Assembly: GCA_965225945.1 (NCBI GenBank)
Contig: CBDDBZ010000034.1
Location: 32,001 to 96,000 of the forward strand
Direction of reading: 5' to 3'
From: Alphaproteobacteria bacterium
GTDB lineage: Bacteria > Pseudomonadota > Alphaproteobacteria > GCA-2731375
DNA: 64,000 nt
A model generated the notes under the pieces. It did not search any database, was not told where the DNA came from, and saw only the letters and a list, made by a program, of their open reading frames with translations. Shown in pieces: positions 9,598 through 19,488 of the stretch (the stretch's first letter is position 1; the number at the start of each line of letters is the position of its first letter). Made by a program: the position numbers and the translations under genes.

Positions 9598-10086
9598 TCA
9601 CCCCCCGCCCTCCGCCAACCGCCGAATCGCGGATTCGTTCATGCGGTAGGGGCGCCAGGCCTCCAGCGGCTCGATGCCGAGGCGGTGGTAGAACTCGCGG
9701 GTCGGGTTCCCCTCGAGCACGTTGAGTTCGATCCGCCCGCAACCACGCTTCGCGGCGATTCGCGCCAGCGCCACCAGCAGCGCCCGGCCGAGACCGTGCC
9801 CGCGCGCCCGCGGCTCGACGAAGAGGTCTTCCAGGAACAACCCGGGCCGCCCCTCCCAGGTCGAATAGTTGTGAAAATAGAGCGCGAGACCCACCACCTC
9901 GCCGTCGAGTTCCCCGAGCAGCGCCTCGAAGCGCGGCGTCGGCCCGAAGGCGTCGCGGCCGACGATCGCTTCGGTCAGCTTCACGCTCGCAAGCGGCTCG
10001 TGCTCGTAAGCCGCGAGGGCGCGGACCAGGCGGACGATCTCGCCCGCGTCCTCTGGCGCCGCCGGGCGCACCGCGGTCAGGGGCAT
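9598..10086 (-). CDS. GNAT N-acetyltransferase (diamine/spermidine acetyltransferase-like)
   Basis: LAAYEH, YFHNYSTWEGRPGLFLEDLFVEP..RGHGLGRAL and FY..LG motifs. Confidence 0.88.
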   Translation of the reverse strand: MPLTAVRPAAPEDAGEIVRLVRALAAYEHEPLASVKLTEAIVGRDAFGPTPRFEALLGELDGEVVGLALYFHNYSTWEGRPGLFLEDLFVEPRARGHGLGRALLVALARIAAKRGCGRIELNVLEGNPTREFYHRLGIEPLEAWRPYRMNESAIRRLAEGGG

Positions 10087-10094
10087 GGCGCGCC

Positions 10095-10733
10095 TCAGGC
10101 CTCGATGGGGAAGGCGGCACGCACCGCGTCCGTCTGGGCCGCCGTCAGCGGCCGGGTCCGATGGCCTTGCAGCAGGAGGTAGAGGCGCGCCGTCTCCTCC
10201 AGTTCCTCGATCGCGTCGAGGGCCGCCGAGAGGCCGCTTCCCGCCACCACGGGGCCGTGGTTGGCCAGCAGCACCGCGTGATGACGGGTGGCGTATCCGG
10301 CCACCGCGTCGGCCAGCGCGGGGTCGCCCGGCGCGAAGAAGGGGACCAACGGCAAGCGGCCGATCCGCATCACGTAATAGGCGGTGAGCGGCGGCAGCAC
10401 ATCGTCGGGATCGACCTCGGCCAGGCAGCCGACCGCGACCGAATGGGTCGAATGCAGGTGCACGACGGCGCCGGCGGCCGGGCGTTTCCGGTACATCGCG
10501 AGGTGCAGGTTGGCCTCCTTGGTCGGCGCGTCGCCCTCCAGGTGCCGTCCCGCCGCATCGAGCTTGGAGAGCCGGGCCGGATCGAGCGTGCCGAGGCTGG
10601 AGCCGGTCGGCGTCAGCAGAAAGCCATCGCCCAATCGGACCGAGATGTTGCCGGTGGAGCCACCGGTCAGGCCGCGCTCGAAGATCGAACGGCCGTATTC
10701 GGCGATTGCCTCGCGAAGGGAAGCCTCGTTCAT
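10095..10733 (-). CDS. otnC: 3-oxo-tetronate 4-phosphate decarboxylase (class II aldolase family)
   Basis: GRSIFERGLTGGSTGNIS, TPTGSSLG, PTKE..LH, HLHSTH and LANHGPVV motifs; coupled to otnK. Confidence 0.85.
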   Translation of the reverse strand: MNEASLREAIAEYGRSIFERGLTGGSTGNISVRLGDGFLLTPTGSSLGTLDPARLSKLDAAGRHLEGDAPTKEANLHLAMYRKRPAAGAVVHLHSTHSVAVGCLAEVDPDDVLPPLTAYYVMRIGRLPLVPFFAPGDPALADAVAGYATRHHAVLLANHGPVVAGSGLSAALDAIEELEETARLYLLLQGHRTRPLTAAQTDAVRAAFPIEA

Positions 10734-11998
10734 CGCAGCACCTCGAAGGCCTTGGCGAAGAAGTCGGGGCCGCCGAAGTTGCCCGACTTGAGGGCGAGCG
10801 CCAGCGGCTCCTCGCCCAGGCTCGCGGTCCAGGGGACGCCCGGCTCGATCTGCGGGCCGATGCGGATGGCGGCGACGCCGAGGCCCCGCACGACGGCACC
10901 CGAGGTCTCGCCGCCGGCGACGACCAGGCGGCGAACGCCGGCCCGGACCAGGCCCCGGGCGATCTCCGCCATCGCCGCCTCGACCATCTCGCCCGCCGCG
11001 TCCCGGCCCAAATCGGCCTGGATGCGGCGCAAATCCTCGGGTGGCGCACTGGAGTAGATCAGCACCGGCCCGTCGTCGAGCTTGTCGCCCGCCCAGGCGA
11101 GGCATTCGCCGACCACGTCGTCGCCGCCGGCGAGGCGGGGCGAATCGAGCCTGAAGCTCGGGCGCGTCGCCGCCATGGCCTCGATCTGGCCGAGCGTCGC
11201 CCGGCTGCAGGAGCCGGCGAGCACCGCTTCCAGCCCCTCGATGGCCGGCAGCGCGTCCGCGACGCGGCCTTCCGCCAGCAAGCCGCGGCGGCGGAAGTTT
11301 TCGGGCAGGCCGAGGGCGACGCCGGAGCCGCCGGTGATCAGCGCCAGCCCGCTCGAGGCCTCGCCGATCGCCATCAGATCCCCGTCGCTCAAGGCATCGA
11401 CGATGGCATGGCGCCGCCCCGCCGCCCGCTCGGCCGCAAAGGCTCGGCGAATCGCCTCGGGCCCGCGGGCCACGGTGTCGTAGCGCACCAGCCCCACCTC
11501 GGCCGGGGTCTGCGCCGCCAGCACGCGCACCAGGCTCGGATCGGTCATCGGCGTCAGCGGGTGGTCCTTCATTCCGCATTCGGACAGCAGTTCCTCGCCG
11601 ACGAAGAGGTAGCCGTGGCAGATCGTCCGCCCGGTCTCGGGAAAGGCGGGACAGGCGATGGTGAAATCGGCGTCGAGGGCGGCCAGCAGCGCGTCGGACA
11701 CGGGGCCGATGTTGCCGGCCGGCGTCGAATCGAAGGTCGAGCAGTATTTGAAGAAGATCTGCCGGGCGCCGGCCGCGCGCAGCCAGTGGAGCGCTTGCAG
11801 CGAGTGACGAATGGCGTCGGCCGCCGGAATGGTGCGGGACTTCAAGGCGACGACCACGGCGTCGACATCGGGTGCCGGCAGCGCCGCGCCCGGCGCGTCG
11901 AACAGCTGCACCGTCGACATGCCCTGGCGCACCAGCGTATTGGCGAGATCCGTCGCGCCGGTAAAATCGTCCGCGATCGCCCCCAGCAGCACGGCCAT
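10730..11998 (-). CDS. otnK: 3-oxo-tetronate kinase (DUF1537 four-carbon acid sugar kinase)
   Basis: IADDFTGATD, LKSRT, FKYCSTFDST..GNIGPV, HPLTPMTD, AGGETSG and LKSGNFG motifs. Confidence 0.9.
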   Translation of the reverse strand: MAVLLGAIADDFTGATDLANTLVRQGMSTVQLFDAPGAALPAPDVDAVVVALKSRTIPAADAIRHSLQALHWLRAAGARQIFFKYCSTFDSTPAGNIGPVSDALLAALDADFTIACPAFPETGRTICHGYLFVGEELLSECGMKDHPLTPMTDPSLVRVLAAQTPAEVGLVRYDTVARGPEAIRRAFAAERAAGRRHAIVDALSDGDLMAIGEASSGLALITGGSGVALGLPENFRRRGLLAEGRVADALPAIEGLEAVLAGSCSRATLGQIEAMAATRPSFRLDSPRLAGGDDVVGECLAWAGDKLDDGPVLIYSSAPPEDLRRIQADLGRDAAGEMVEAAMAEIARGLVRAGVRRLVVAGGETSGAVVRGLGVAAIRIGPQIEPGVPWTASLGEEPLALALKSGNFGGPDFFAKAFEVLR

Positions 11999-12098
11999 GT
12001 CCAGCCTCCCGCACGCCTCGAAGTGTCGGGCCAAGTCTAGACCAGGGAGGCGATATCGCCATAGCCTCGAGGGGACCCCGGAAGGGAAGGATGCAACC

Positions 12099-12812
12099 AT
12101 GACCTGGTCGATCGTCGCCCGCGAGGCCGAGACGGGCCGCTTCGCCATCGCCATCGCCAGCCGTTTCTTCGCCGTCGGCTCGCTCTGCCCTTGGGCGCGG
12201 GCGGGCGTCGGCGCGGTGGCGACCCAGGCCCGGGTCAATCCCCTCTACGGGCCGGCGATCCTCGACCTGATGGCCGATGGCCTCACGCCGGAAGCGGGAA
12301 TTGCGCGTGTCCGAGCGGCGGACGAGGGTCGCGCCCACCGTCAGGTCCACGCGATCGACGCCCGGGGCCGCAACGCGGCGGTCACCGGTGGGACTTGCGT
12401 CGAGTGGTGTGGGCACGCGCTGGCCGACGAGGTTTCCGTCGCCGGCAACATGTTGGCCGGCGAGGCGGTGGTGACGGCGACGCTCGCGGCCTATCTGGCC
12501 GGGGCTGGCCTGCCGCTCGCCGAACGGCTGCTCGCCGCCATGGACGCGGGCGAGGCCGAAGGCGGCGACAAGCGGGGGCGACAATCGGCGGCGGTGGTGA
12601 TCCAGGGCGCCGAGCCCTTCGCCGACCTCGACCTCCGGGTCGACGATTCCCCCGCGCCGCTGACCGAGCTTCGCCGTCTGCTCGCCGTCGCCGAGGAGGT
12701 TTATCTGCCCTTCCGCGCCGCGATGCCGACGACGGCCCGGCCCTCCGGCATCCTCGACGAGGCCGAGCGCGAGGCGGTGATGGCCGCGCTCGCGGATCAA
12801 CTCAGGGCTTGA
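12099..12812 (+). CDS. DUF1028 family Ntn-hydrolase-like protein
   Basis: MTWSIVA, GAVATQA..NP.YG, AGNML, GGDKRGRQSAA and DLRVDD motifs. Confidence 0.88.
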   Translation: MTWSIVAREAETGRFAIAIASRFFAVGSLCPWARAGVGAVATQARVNPLYGPAILDLMADGLTPEAGIARVRAADEGRAHRQVHAIDARGRNAAVTGGTCVEWCGHALADEVSVAGNMLAGEAVVTATLAAYLAGAGLPLAERLLAAMDAGEAEGGDKRGRQSAAVVIQGAEPFADLDLRVDDSPAPLTELRRLLAVAEEVYLPFRAAMPTTARPSGILDEAEREAVMAALADQLRA

Positions 12813-13266
12813 AGATCATCAGGACGAAGATCGCGATCACCGCCGCGAAGGCGGGCCAGCCGAGGGCGAACCAGAGCCGCATCGCCCGGTGGTAGTCCCA
12901 CGGCAAGGCCGAGCCCGAGCGAAGCGCGGCGGCGGCGAGATCGCGGGCGCGGATTTGCAGGAAGACGACGGGGATCCAACAGGCCGCTATCAGGACATAG
13001 AGGGCGAGCGCCCAGATCAGCCAGGCCTCGCCCCAAGCGTAACCGCCCTCGATCACCAGCCAGGCGCCGGTCAGCGGCTGCGCCACCACGGCCGGCAGGG
13101 TGAAGAGGAAATCGGCGATCACCACCAGCCGCGCCGTGGCGTGGATCACCGCCACGTCGCCGCCCAGATGCGCCATCCACATGAAGAAGGCGATTCCCGC
13201 CCCGGTGCCGAACAGTACCGCCGCGCCCAGCACGTGAACCACTTTGAGCCAGAGGTAGAAGTCCAT
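12802..13266 (-). CDS. DUF2269 family integral membrane protein
   Basis: HVLGAAVLFGTGAGIAFF, ADFLFT, QPLTG, CWIPVV and WFALGWPAF...MIFKP motifs. Confidence 0.85.
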   Translation of the reverse strand: MDFYLWLKVVHVLGAAVLFGTGAGIAFFMWMAHLGGDVAVIHATARLVVIADFLFTLPAVVAQPLTGAWLVIEGGYAWGEAWLIWALALYVLIAACWIPVVFLQIRARDLAAAALRSGSALPWDYHRAMRLWFALGWPAFAAVIAIFVLMIFKP

Positions 13267-14573
13267 CAGCGATCGTCCTCGATCGCCATCAGCACCGCCG
13301 TCGCCACCAGCAGCGGCACCAGCTTGCTCATCGGGCCCAGCGGATGGAACCAGAGTTCCGGCATGGCGAGCGTCAGCATCACCATGTAGGGAAGCGTGAT
13401 CGCGATCTGCAGGCCGGCGACGGCACGAACTTGGACCCGCGCCAGCAACAGCAGCCCCAGCACCACGTCGAGCAGGCAACCGAGCCAGAAGGCGAAAGGG
13501 AGCAAGCCGACGGGAACGCCGACGGCGGCGAGCAGCGCCTCGCCCTCGGCGCGGGGAAAGAAGAAGGCGGTCGCGATACCGGTCCAGAGCCAGAACAGGC
13601 CGAGGCTGATCCTGAGCGCCGGCCGCAAGAAATAGAGCCGGGCGTGCCAGCGATCGGCGACGCCGCTCGGCTGCCGGGCCAAGGCGTCCTCCAAATCCAG
13701 CGGTGTCATCGCCAGAGCCTCTGCGAAGGGCGCCGGGTCGGCGGTGATGCCGAGCTCGCGCTGGCGGATCGAGGTCGTCGAAAGCGCGCCCCGGCCACCG
13801 AACCAGCGGAGGCAGTCGCCGAGGCGCGCCAGCAGCCGGATCGGCGCCATGGGCACCGGCACCTGGAGGATCGGCGGCGGCAGGGCGAGCCAGCCCCGCA
13901 GCGCCAGCAGGATCTCGGCCAGCGTCATCTCTCGGTGTCCGACCAGGTCCAGGACCCGAGCGCTCGACGCGCCCGCTCGCAGCAGGCGGAGGATCGCCTC
14001 GGTCACGTCGTCCATGGCGATCGGCTGGAAGCGCTGCTCGCCCTGGCCGGGGAGCGGCAGGACCCACGGCAGCGCCGCCAGCGCGCGGAAGAAGACGGTG
14101 CCGCCATAGGCGTCGCGTGCCACGACGAGGGAGGGTCGGACCACGATCCCGTCGAGCCCGCTAGCCAAGAGCCAGTCGTCCGCCGCCGCCTTGCTGGCGG
14201 CATATTCGGTGCCGGCCGCCGTCCCCGCGCCGAGCGCCGAGACCTGGATCACCCGGCGGACGCCCGCCGTCTCGCACGCACCGAAGAGGGCGATCGGGCC
14301 CGTCTCGTGAACCGCGCGGATGTCGTTCCCGGCCGAGGACTGCAGAATTCCGGCACAATTGATCACCGCTTCGACGCCCTCGAGACGCGGCGCCCAGATC
14401 TCCGGCGCCAGGTCCCGGTCGAGGTCGCCATGAACCCATTCGATGCCCGGAATCAACCTCCGGGCTTGCTCGAGATTGCGTGCCGCGCCCACCACCTCGT
14501 GCCCCTCGGCGCCGAGCCGGGCCACCAGATGGCGGCCGATGAAGCCGGAGGCGCCGGTCACCAGCACGCGCAT
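13266..14573 (-). CDS. NAD-dependent epimerase/SDR with C-terminal DoxX-like membrane domain
   Basis: GASGFIG, INCAG, SALG, Y..SK and RPSLV motifs; hydrophobic C-terminus ending W.HPLGP..K; coupled to DUF2269. Confidence 0.85.
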   Translation of the reverse strand: MRVLVTGASGFIGRHLVARLGAEGHEVVGAARNLEQARRLIPGIEWVHGDLDRDLAPEIWAPRLEGVEAVINCAGILQSSAGNDIRAVHETGPIALFGACETAGVRRVIQVSALGAGTAAGTEYAASKAAADDWLLASGLDGIVVRPSLVVARDAYGGTVFFRALAALPWVLPLPGQGEQRFQPIAMDDVTEAILRLLRAGASSARVLDLVGHREMTLAEILLALRGWLALPPPILQVPVPMAPIRLLARLGDCLRWFGGRGALSTTSIRQRELGITADPAPFAEALAMTPLDLEDALARQPSGVADRWHARLYFLRPALRISLGLFWLWTGIATAFFFPRAEGEALLAAVGVPVGLLPFAFWLGCLLDVVLGLLLLARVQVRAVAGLQIAITLPYMVMLTLAMPELWFHPLGPMSKLVPLLVATAVLMAIEDDR

Positions 14574-14616
14574 GTCGAGGTCTCCAAGTTTGCGAGGTGG
14601 CTTGCGGGCCCGGGGC

Positions 14617-15357
14617 TCATATCAAGAGACCGCCGTCGACGATGAAGACCTGGCCGGTGGTGTAGCTGCTCTCGTCGCCCGCGAGATAGAGGGCGATCGC
14701 CGCCACCTCCTCCGGCCGGCCGAGCCGGCCCATCGGCTGGCGGGCGATGAAACCCGCGCGCGCCGCGACCGGATCGGCGAAGCTGGCGATGCGCTCGTCG
14801 AGCGAGGGCGTCTGCACCGTGCCGGGGGCGATCGCGTTGCAGCGCACGCCCTGGCCGACATAATCCGCCGCCACCGACTTGGTGAGGCCGATCACCGCCG
14901 CCTTCGTGGTGCCGTAGATCGCCCGGGCGACGATTCCCTTCACCGAGCCCGAGACCGAGGCCATGTTGATGATCGAGCCGCCGCCTTCCTCCAGCATCGC
15001 CGGCAGGAAGGCGCGGATCAGGCGGAACATCGAGCCGACGTTGAGCTCGACGGCGAATTCGAACTCCGCCTCGCTCGCCTCCAGGATCGTGCCCTGATGG
15101 ACGAAGCCGGCGCAATTGAAGAGCACGTCGAGCGCGCCCAGGCGCGCCGCCGCCGCTGAAATCGCCGTGGAATCGAGGACGTCCAGCCGCTCCGTCTCGA
15201 TACCCTCGACGCCAGCGAGCTCGGCCAGCACCGCCTCGTTGACGTCGGTGGCGATGACCCGGGCGCCCTCGGCCGCGAAGGCCTCCGCCGTCGCCCGGCC
15301 GATCCCCTGGGCCGCCGCCGTCACCAGACAGCGCTTGGAAGCCAACCGTCCAGTCAT
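14617..15357 (-). CDS. SDR oxidoreductase (BDH2 / 2-keto-3-deoxy-L-fuconate dehydrogenase-like)
   Basis: TAAAQGIG, FNCAGFVHQG, YGTTKAAVIGLTKSVAADY and FIARQPMGRLG motifs. Confidence 0.88.
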   Translation of the reverse strand: MTGRLASKRCLVTAAAQGIGRATAEAFAAEGARVIATDVNEAVLAELAGVEGIETERLDVLDSTAISAAAARLGALDVLFNCAGFVHQGTILEASEAEFEFAVELNVGSMFRLIRAFLPAMLEEGGGSIINMASVSGSVKGIVARAIYGTTKAAVIGLTKSVAADYVGQGVRCNAIAPGTVQTPSLDERIASFADPVAARAGFIARQPMGRLGRPEEVAAIALYLAGDESSYTTGQVFIVDGGLLI

Positions 15358-15376
15358 GTGCGTTTCCTCCAAACCC

Positions 15377-15799
15377 TCAAGGGTCGACGCGCGCCGTGGC
15401 GCTGCCGGTCACCACGCTTTTGTCATCTTGGTTGGTGGTGACCAGGTCGAGATCGACGAGATCGACTCCGTCCTCTCGGCGCAAGGCGACCACGGTGGCC
15501 TTGGCGGTGAGCGTGTCGCCCGGCCAGACCAGGTTGGTGAAGCGGACGCCGAACTTGGTGAGCCGCCCGTCGCCGACATAGTTCGTCACCATCTTGCCGG
15601 TGAGCCCCATGGTCAGCATGCCGTGGGCGAAGACCCCGGGGTAGCCCGCGGCCTCGCGGCAATAGATGTCGTCGGTGTGCAACGGGTTATAATCGCCGGA
15701 GGCGCCGGCATACATCACCAGTTGGGTTCGGGTCAGGTCGTCGACCACCACTTCCTGGTGGACGTCGCCCGCCTTCAGCTCGCTCGCGCGGAGTGCCAT
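15377..15799 (-). CDS. MaoC-family (R)-hydratase/dehydratase subunit
   Basis: Hydratase motif YAGASGDYNPLH.D...AHGM. Confidence 0.88.
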   Translation of the reverse strand: MALRASELKAGDVHQEVVVDDLTRTQLVMYAGASGDYNPLHTDDIYCREAAGYPGVFAHGMLTMGLTGKMVTNYVGDGRLTKFGVRFTNLVWPGDTLTAKATVVALRREDGVDLVDLDLVTTNQDDKSVVTGSATARVDP

Positions 15800-15810
15800 C
15801 GCGGCCCCCC

Positions 15811-16296
15811 TCAGCCTTGCTCGACCGGGCGCTCGGTCGTGACGCCGACCGACCGCGCGGTGATCACCAGTTCGCCGTGCTGGTCACGGTATTCGCTGAT
15901 CCGCTCGGTGAAACTGAGCTTGCCGGCGCGTTTGCTCTCCTTCTCCCAGGTGCGGCCCTCAGCCGTCGCCACCCTGAGCACGTCGCCCGGCTTCATGTGG
16001 CGGTGGTATTCGAAATGCTGCTCGGCGTGGAGGCCGCCGCCGCTCGGCGCGGCGCCGTCGATACCGCTCGGCTCGCGGCCCGAGCCGAACCACTTCCGGC
16101 CGGGCTTTACCCGAAGGGGATAGTCGGAATCGAACTGGCTGACGGCGCGGGGAAAGGTCGGTGGCGCGATGATGTGGCCGACCTCGCTCGCCGCCGCCGC
16201 CTCGGCGTCGCGGTAGATCGGATTGTCGTCGCCGATCGCCCGGGCGAACATCATTATGTGACTCGCCTCCACCGGCATTCTCAACCCGTCGGCCAT
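15811..16296 (-). CDS. MaoC dehydratase N-terminal-type (HadA-like) partner subunit
   Basis: FARAIGDDNPIY, APPTF and LHAEQHFEY motifs. Confidence 0.82.
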   Translation of the reverse strand: MADGLRMPVEASHIMMFARAIGDDNPIYRDAEAAAASEVGHIIAPPTFPRAVSQFDSDYPLRVKPGRKWFGSGREPSGIDGAAPSGGGLHAEQHFEYHRHMKPGDVLRVATAEGRTWEKESKRAGKLSFTERISEYRDQHGELVITARSVGVTTERPVEQG

Positions 16297-16435
16297 TCGC
16301 CTCTCCCCTCCTGGTCTCCGCCGGCCAGCGGGACATAAGCGCGCCGGTCCCGGGGCCGTCAATCCGGCGGCGATTGAGTTTGCGCCCCAGCTCGTCCACG
16401 ATAAAGTGGAATTCAGTGGAAACGGGAGGACGATC

Positions 16436-16762
16436 ATGGCCAGGCAGCTCTTCATGGTGTTGAGCGAGGCCGTCGAAGGACGGGAAGACGACTACAACGA
16501 CTGGTACGAGAACACCCACCTGGACGAGGTGATCGAGACCTCCGCCGTGGTCAGTGCCCAGCGCTTCAAGCTCGCCGCGCAGCGCGGCGCGGAAGCGCCC
16601 AATCGCTATCTCGCGATCTACGAGGTGGAGGTCGACGATCCGGCCGAGGTCTTCCCCTCGATCGACGCCGGCGGGGACAAACGGAACAACAGCGACGCCA
16701 TCGACCGCTCGAGCCTCGGCGCCTGGGTCTGGACCCCGATCGGCGAAAAGCACGGGGGCTGA
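16436..16762 (+). CDS. EthD-like dimeric alpha-beta barrel protein
   Basis: GREDDYNDWYENTHLDEV and YLAIYE motifs; good RBS (GGAGG). Confidence 0.7.
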   Translation: MARQLFMVLSEAVEGREDDYNDWYENTHLDEVIETSAVVSAQRFKLAAQRGAEAPNRYLAIYEVEVDDPAEVFPSIDAGGDKRNNSDAIDRSSLGAWVWTPIGEKHGG

Positions 16763-16806
16763 GCCGAGGCTGGATACGGCGCGCCGCGCCGAACGAGGAG
16801 GACGCC

Positions 16807-17673
16807 ATGACCGATGACATCGTCGGTTTCATCGGGCTCGGCAACATGGGTCGCCCGATCGCCGAGAACATCGCCGCCGCCGGATGGAACATGGTGGTGC
16901 ACGACATCGCCGGCACCCAGGCCCGCGCGCCCAAGGGCACCCGCATCGCCGGCTCGGCGGCCGCTGTCGCCCAGGACTCGAGCCTGATTTTCCTGAGCCT
17001 GCCGAGCGTCGCCGCGAGCGAGGCGGTGGTGGCCGAAATCGCCGCCGCCGGCCCGCCCGAGGGCGCGGTCGTCGTCAACACCTCGACCGTCGGCCCCGAT
17101 GCCGCCCTCGCGGCGATTGCGGTGCTGGAGGCCCGGGGCATCGGCTATGTCGACGCGCTGATCTCGGGCTCCACCTTCCGGGCGCGCGACGGCACGCTGG
17201 CGGTGATGTATTCGGGCGACGAGGCCACGCTCGCGCGGCTGCGCCCGTTGTTCGAGACCTACGGCAACAAAATCTTCGACATCGGCCGCGCGCCGGGGAG
17301 CGCGCAGCGGATGAAGCTGGTCAACAACTCGATCGCGATCTCCAGCTTCGTCACCATCTCGGAGGCCTTGGCCATGGGGGTCGCCGGCGGCCTCGAGGTT
17401 CCGGAGATGCTCGACGTCATCAACGCCTCCTCCGGCCACGGGTTCGTGGTCGAAAAGCTCTTCATCGAGAACGTGGCGAGCGAGCGCTACGAAAGCGAGT
17501 CGACGGCCAAGATCGCCGGCAAGGATATCGCCCTCTTCGTCGAGGCGGCGGCCGCCGTCGGCTCGCGGCACGACGCCATCGGTGCCGCCAGCGCCACCTT
17601 CGAGGAGTTCAGGGAGAGCGACCCCGAGGCCGACCAGCTCAGGATCTTCCCCTACATCAGCGGCGAGCAATAA
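16807..17673 (+). CDS. NAD(P)-dependent beta-hydroxyacid dehydrogenase (3-hydroxyisobutyrate dehydrogenase family)
   Basis: GFIGLGNMG, DA.ISG, catalytic Lys in MKLVNN, and KD motifs. Confidence 0.85.
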   Translation: MTDDIVGFIGLGNMGRPIAENIAAAGWNMVVHDIAGTQARAPKGTRIAGSAAAVAQDSSLIFLSLPSVAASEAVVAEIAAAGPPEGAVVVNTSTVGPDAALAAIAVLEARGIGYVDALISGSTFRARDGTLAVMYSGDEATLARLRPLFETYGNKIFDIGRAPGSAQRMKLVNNSIAISSFVTISEALAMGVAGGLEVPEMLDVINASSGHGFVVEKLFIENVASERYESESTAKIAGKDIALFVEAAAAVGSRHDAIGAASATFEEFRESDPEADQLRIFPYISGEQ

Positions 17674-17761
17674 CCCGGCCGGGCCGGCGGGCGGGCGGCG
17701 CGCGCGGTGATCGCCACGATCACGACCATCGCGGGAGGCACGCGGTGAGCCGGTCGCGCCG

Positions 17762-18190
17762 CTATTTGACGACCTTGGCCTCGGCGCGGGAGGTGACGCT
17801 GACGAGGTCGATGCAGTCCGGCACCGGCTCGCCGCCGGCCTCGCAGCTCAGCATGTCGTTCACCAACACCTCGCCGATGTCGGCGCAGGCGAGGCCGTCG
17901 ATGTCGAACAGTTTCAAAATCCGCTTGTCGGTCCGAAGCGTTCCGGCGCTGATCGCCAGGCGCTTCAGCACGATCCCCTGCTTGTCGAAGATCGCGATAT
18001 CGAACTTGACGTCATCGTAACGCCGCTCGCTCGTGTTGGCGAAGAGGAAATAGGCTCGGCAATAGCCCTCGTTCGGCTCCAGCTTGTTCAATTCCAGGCG
18101 AATGCCGCCCGCCGCCAGCGCCGTCGGGGCGTGGACCGACGGCAACGCCGTCGCCAACACAGCAACCACCAACCAGCCGAATCCACGCAT
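17762..18190 (-). CDS. Conserved exported hypothetical protein
   Basis: Signal-peptide-like N-terminus, LELNKLE...C pattern and four Cys. Confidence 0.7.
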   Translation of the reverse strand: MRGFGWLVVAVLATALPSVHAPTALAAGGIRLELNKLEPNEGYCRAYFLFANTSERRYDDVKFDIAIFDKQGIVLKRLAISAGTLRTDKRILKLFDIDGLACADIGEVLVNDMLSCEAGGEPVPDCIDLVSVTSRAEAKVVK

Positions 18191-18386
18191 CGCCATCCCG
18201 CCCGAATTGACGCGCCTCGGAGGCGCTCTCCTCGCCCGTCGGGGTGCCGCCGGGCCGCCGACGCCCCACCCCCTCGGCGCGCCCTTACTACCGCAGGGGC
18301 GCGAGGAACGCCAGTCTTGGCTCGCGCTTGACGCCACCCCCGCGCATCGCTTAGCCCTTGGGTACGGCAAACTTCTGGAGTCCGGG

Positions 18387-19457
18387 ATGTCGGATCATGC
18401 CTGTTCGCGGGTCGAGCCCTTCCAGCCGGCGCCTGGCGCCTGGTACGGGCGGGAGATGCGGGCGCGCGACGACTGGATCGTGAACCTCGACGGCGCCTCG
18501 CTCGAGGAGTTGGAACGGGCGGTCGCGGGCGTCGAGGCGCGCGGCCTCTCCATCCTGGAAATCGGACGGGACGATTTTCCGCTGCCCCTGCTGGGGCCCG
18601 AGCTCCGGGCGCTCAGCCGCGAGCTGATCGACGGGCGCGGCTTCGCGCTGATCCGGGGCCTGCCGGTCGGCCACCTCGGGCGTCAGCGAAGCGCCATCGC
18701 CTATTGGGGCATGGGCCGCCATCTCGGCGAGCCGATCACCCAGAACCCCCTCGGCCACATGCTGGGCCACGTCAAGGATATCGGCGCCGACGCCGACGAC
18801 GTCGACAAGCGGGGCTACCAGTCGAGCGCCCAGCTGCCCTACCACACCGACGTCAGCGGCGATTTCGTCGCCCTGCTTTGTCTGAAGCCCTCGAAGAGCG
18901 GTGGCGCCAGCGCAATCGTCAGCTCGCTCTGTGTGCACAACGAGGTACTGCGCCGCCGGCCCGACCTCGCCCGGGTGCTGGCGCGACCCTACTACATGGA
19001 CCGCCGGGGCGAGGTGCCGGAAGGCCTGCCGCCATATTATCCGCTGCCCGTCTTCAACTATCACGCCCACCACCTGACGGTGAGCTATTTGCGCCGCTTC
19101 GCGCATTCGGCGCAGCGCTTCGAGGCGGTGCCCAGGTTCACCGAGGCGCAGCTCGAGGCGATGGACCTGGTGGACGAGATCGCCAACGAGGCCGACGTCC
19201 ACCTGGAGATGGAATTCCACCAGGGCGACATTCAGATCCTAAACAACCTGACCATCCTGCACGCCCGCACCGCCTACGTGGACCACGACGATCCGGCGGA
19301 GCGACGCCATCTGCTGCGGCTCTGGCTCTCCGCCGAGGACGGCTGGCCGCTTCCCGACGTTTACTATCACCGCTACGGCTCAGCCCCCGGCCAGGGCCGG
19401 CCCCGGGGCGTGCACGTCCGGGGCACGGTGCCGACGGCGCCGCTCGACGTCGCCTGA
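18387..19457 (+). CDS. TauD/TfdA family 2-oxoglutarate-dependent dioxygenase
   Basis: GRGFALIRG, HTD, GDIQILNN...HART and RHLLRLWL motifs. Confidence 0.88.
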   Translation: MSDHACSRVEPFQPAPGAWYGREMRARDDWIVNLDGASLEELERAVAGVEARGLSILEIGRDDFPLPLLGPELRALSRELIDGRGFALIRGLPVGHLGRQRSAIAYWGMGRHLGEPITQNPLGHMLGHVKDIGADADDVDKRGYQSSAQLPYHTDVSGDFVALLCLKPSKSGGASAIVSSLCVHNEVLRRRPDLARVLARPYYMDRRGEVPEGLPPYYPLPVFNYHAHHLTVSYLRRFAHSAQRFEAVPRFTEAQLEAMDLVDEIANEADVHLEMEFHQGDIQILNNLTILHARTAYVDHDDPAERRHLLRLWLSAEDGWPLPDVYYHRYGSAPGQGRPRGVHVRGTVPTAPLDVA

Positions 19458-19488
19458 GCGTTCTTCCACGCGCTCACACTCAGGTCCC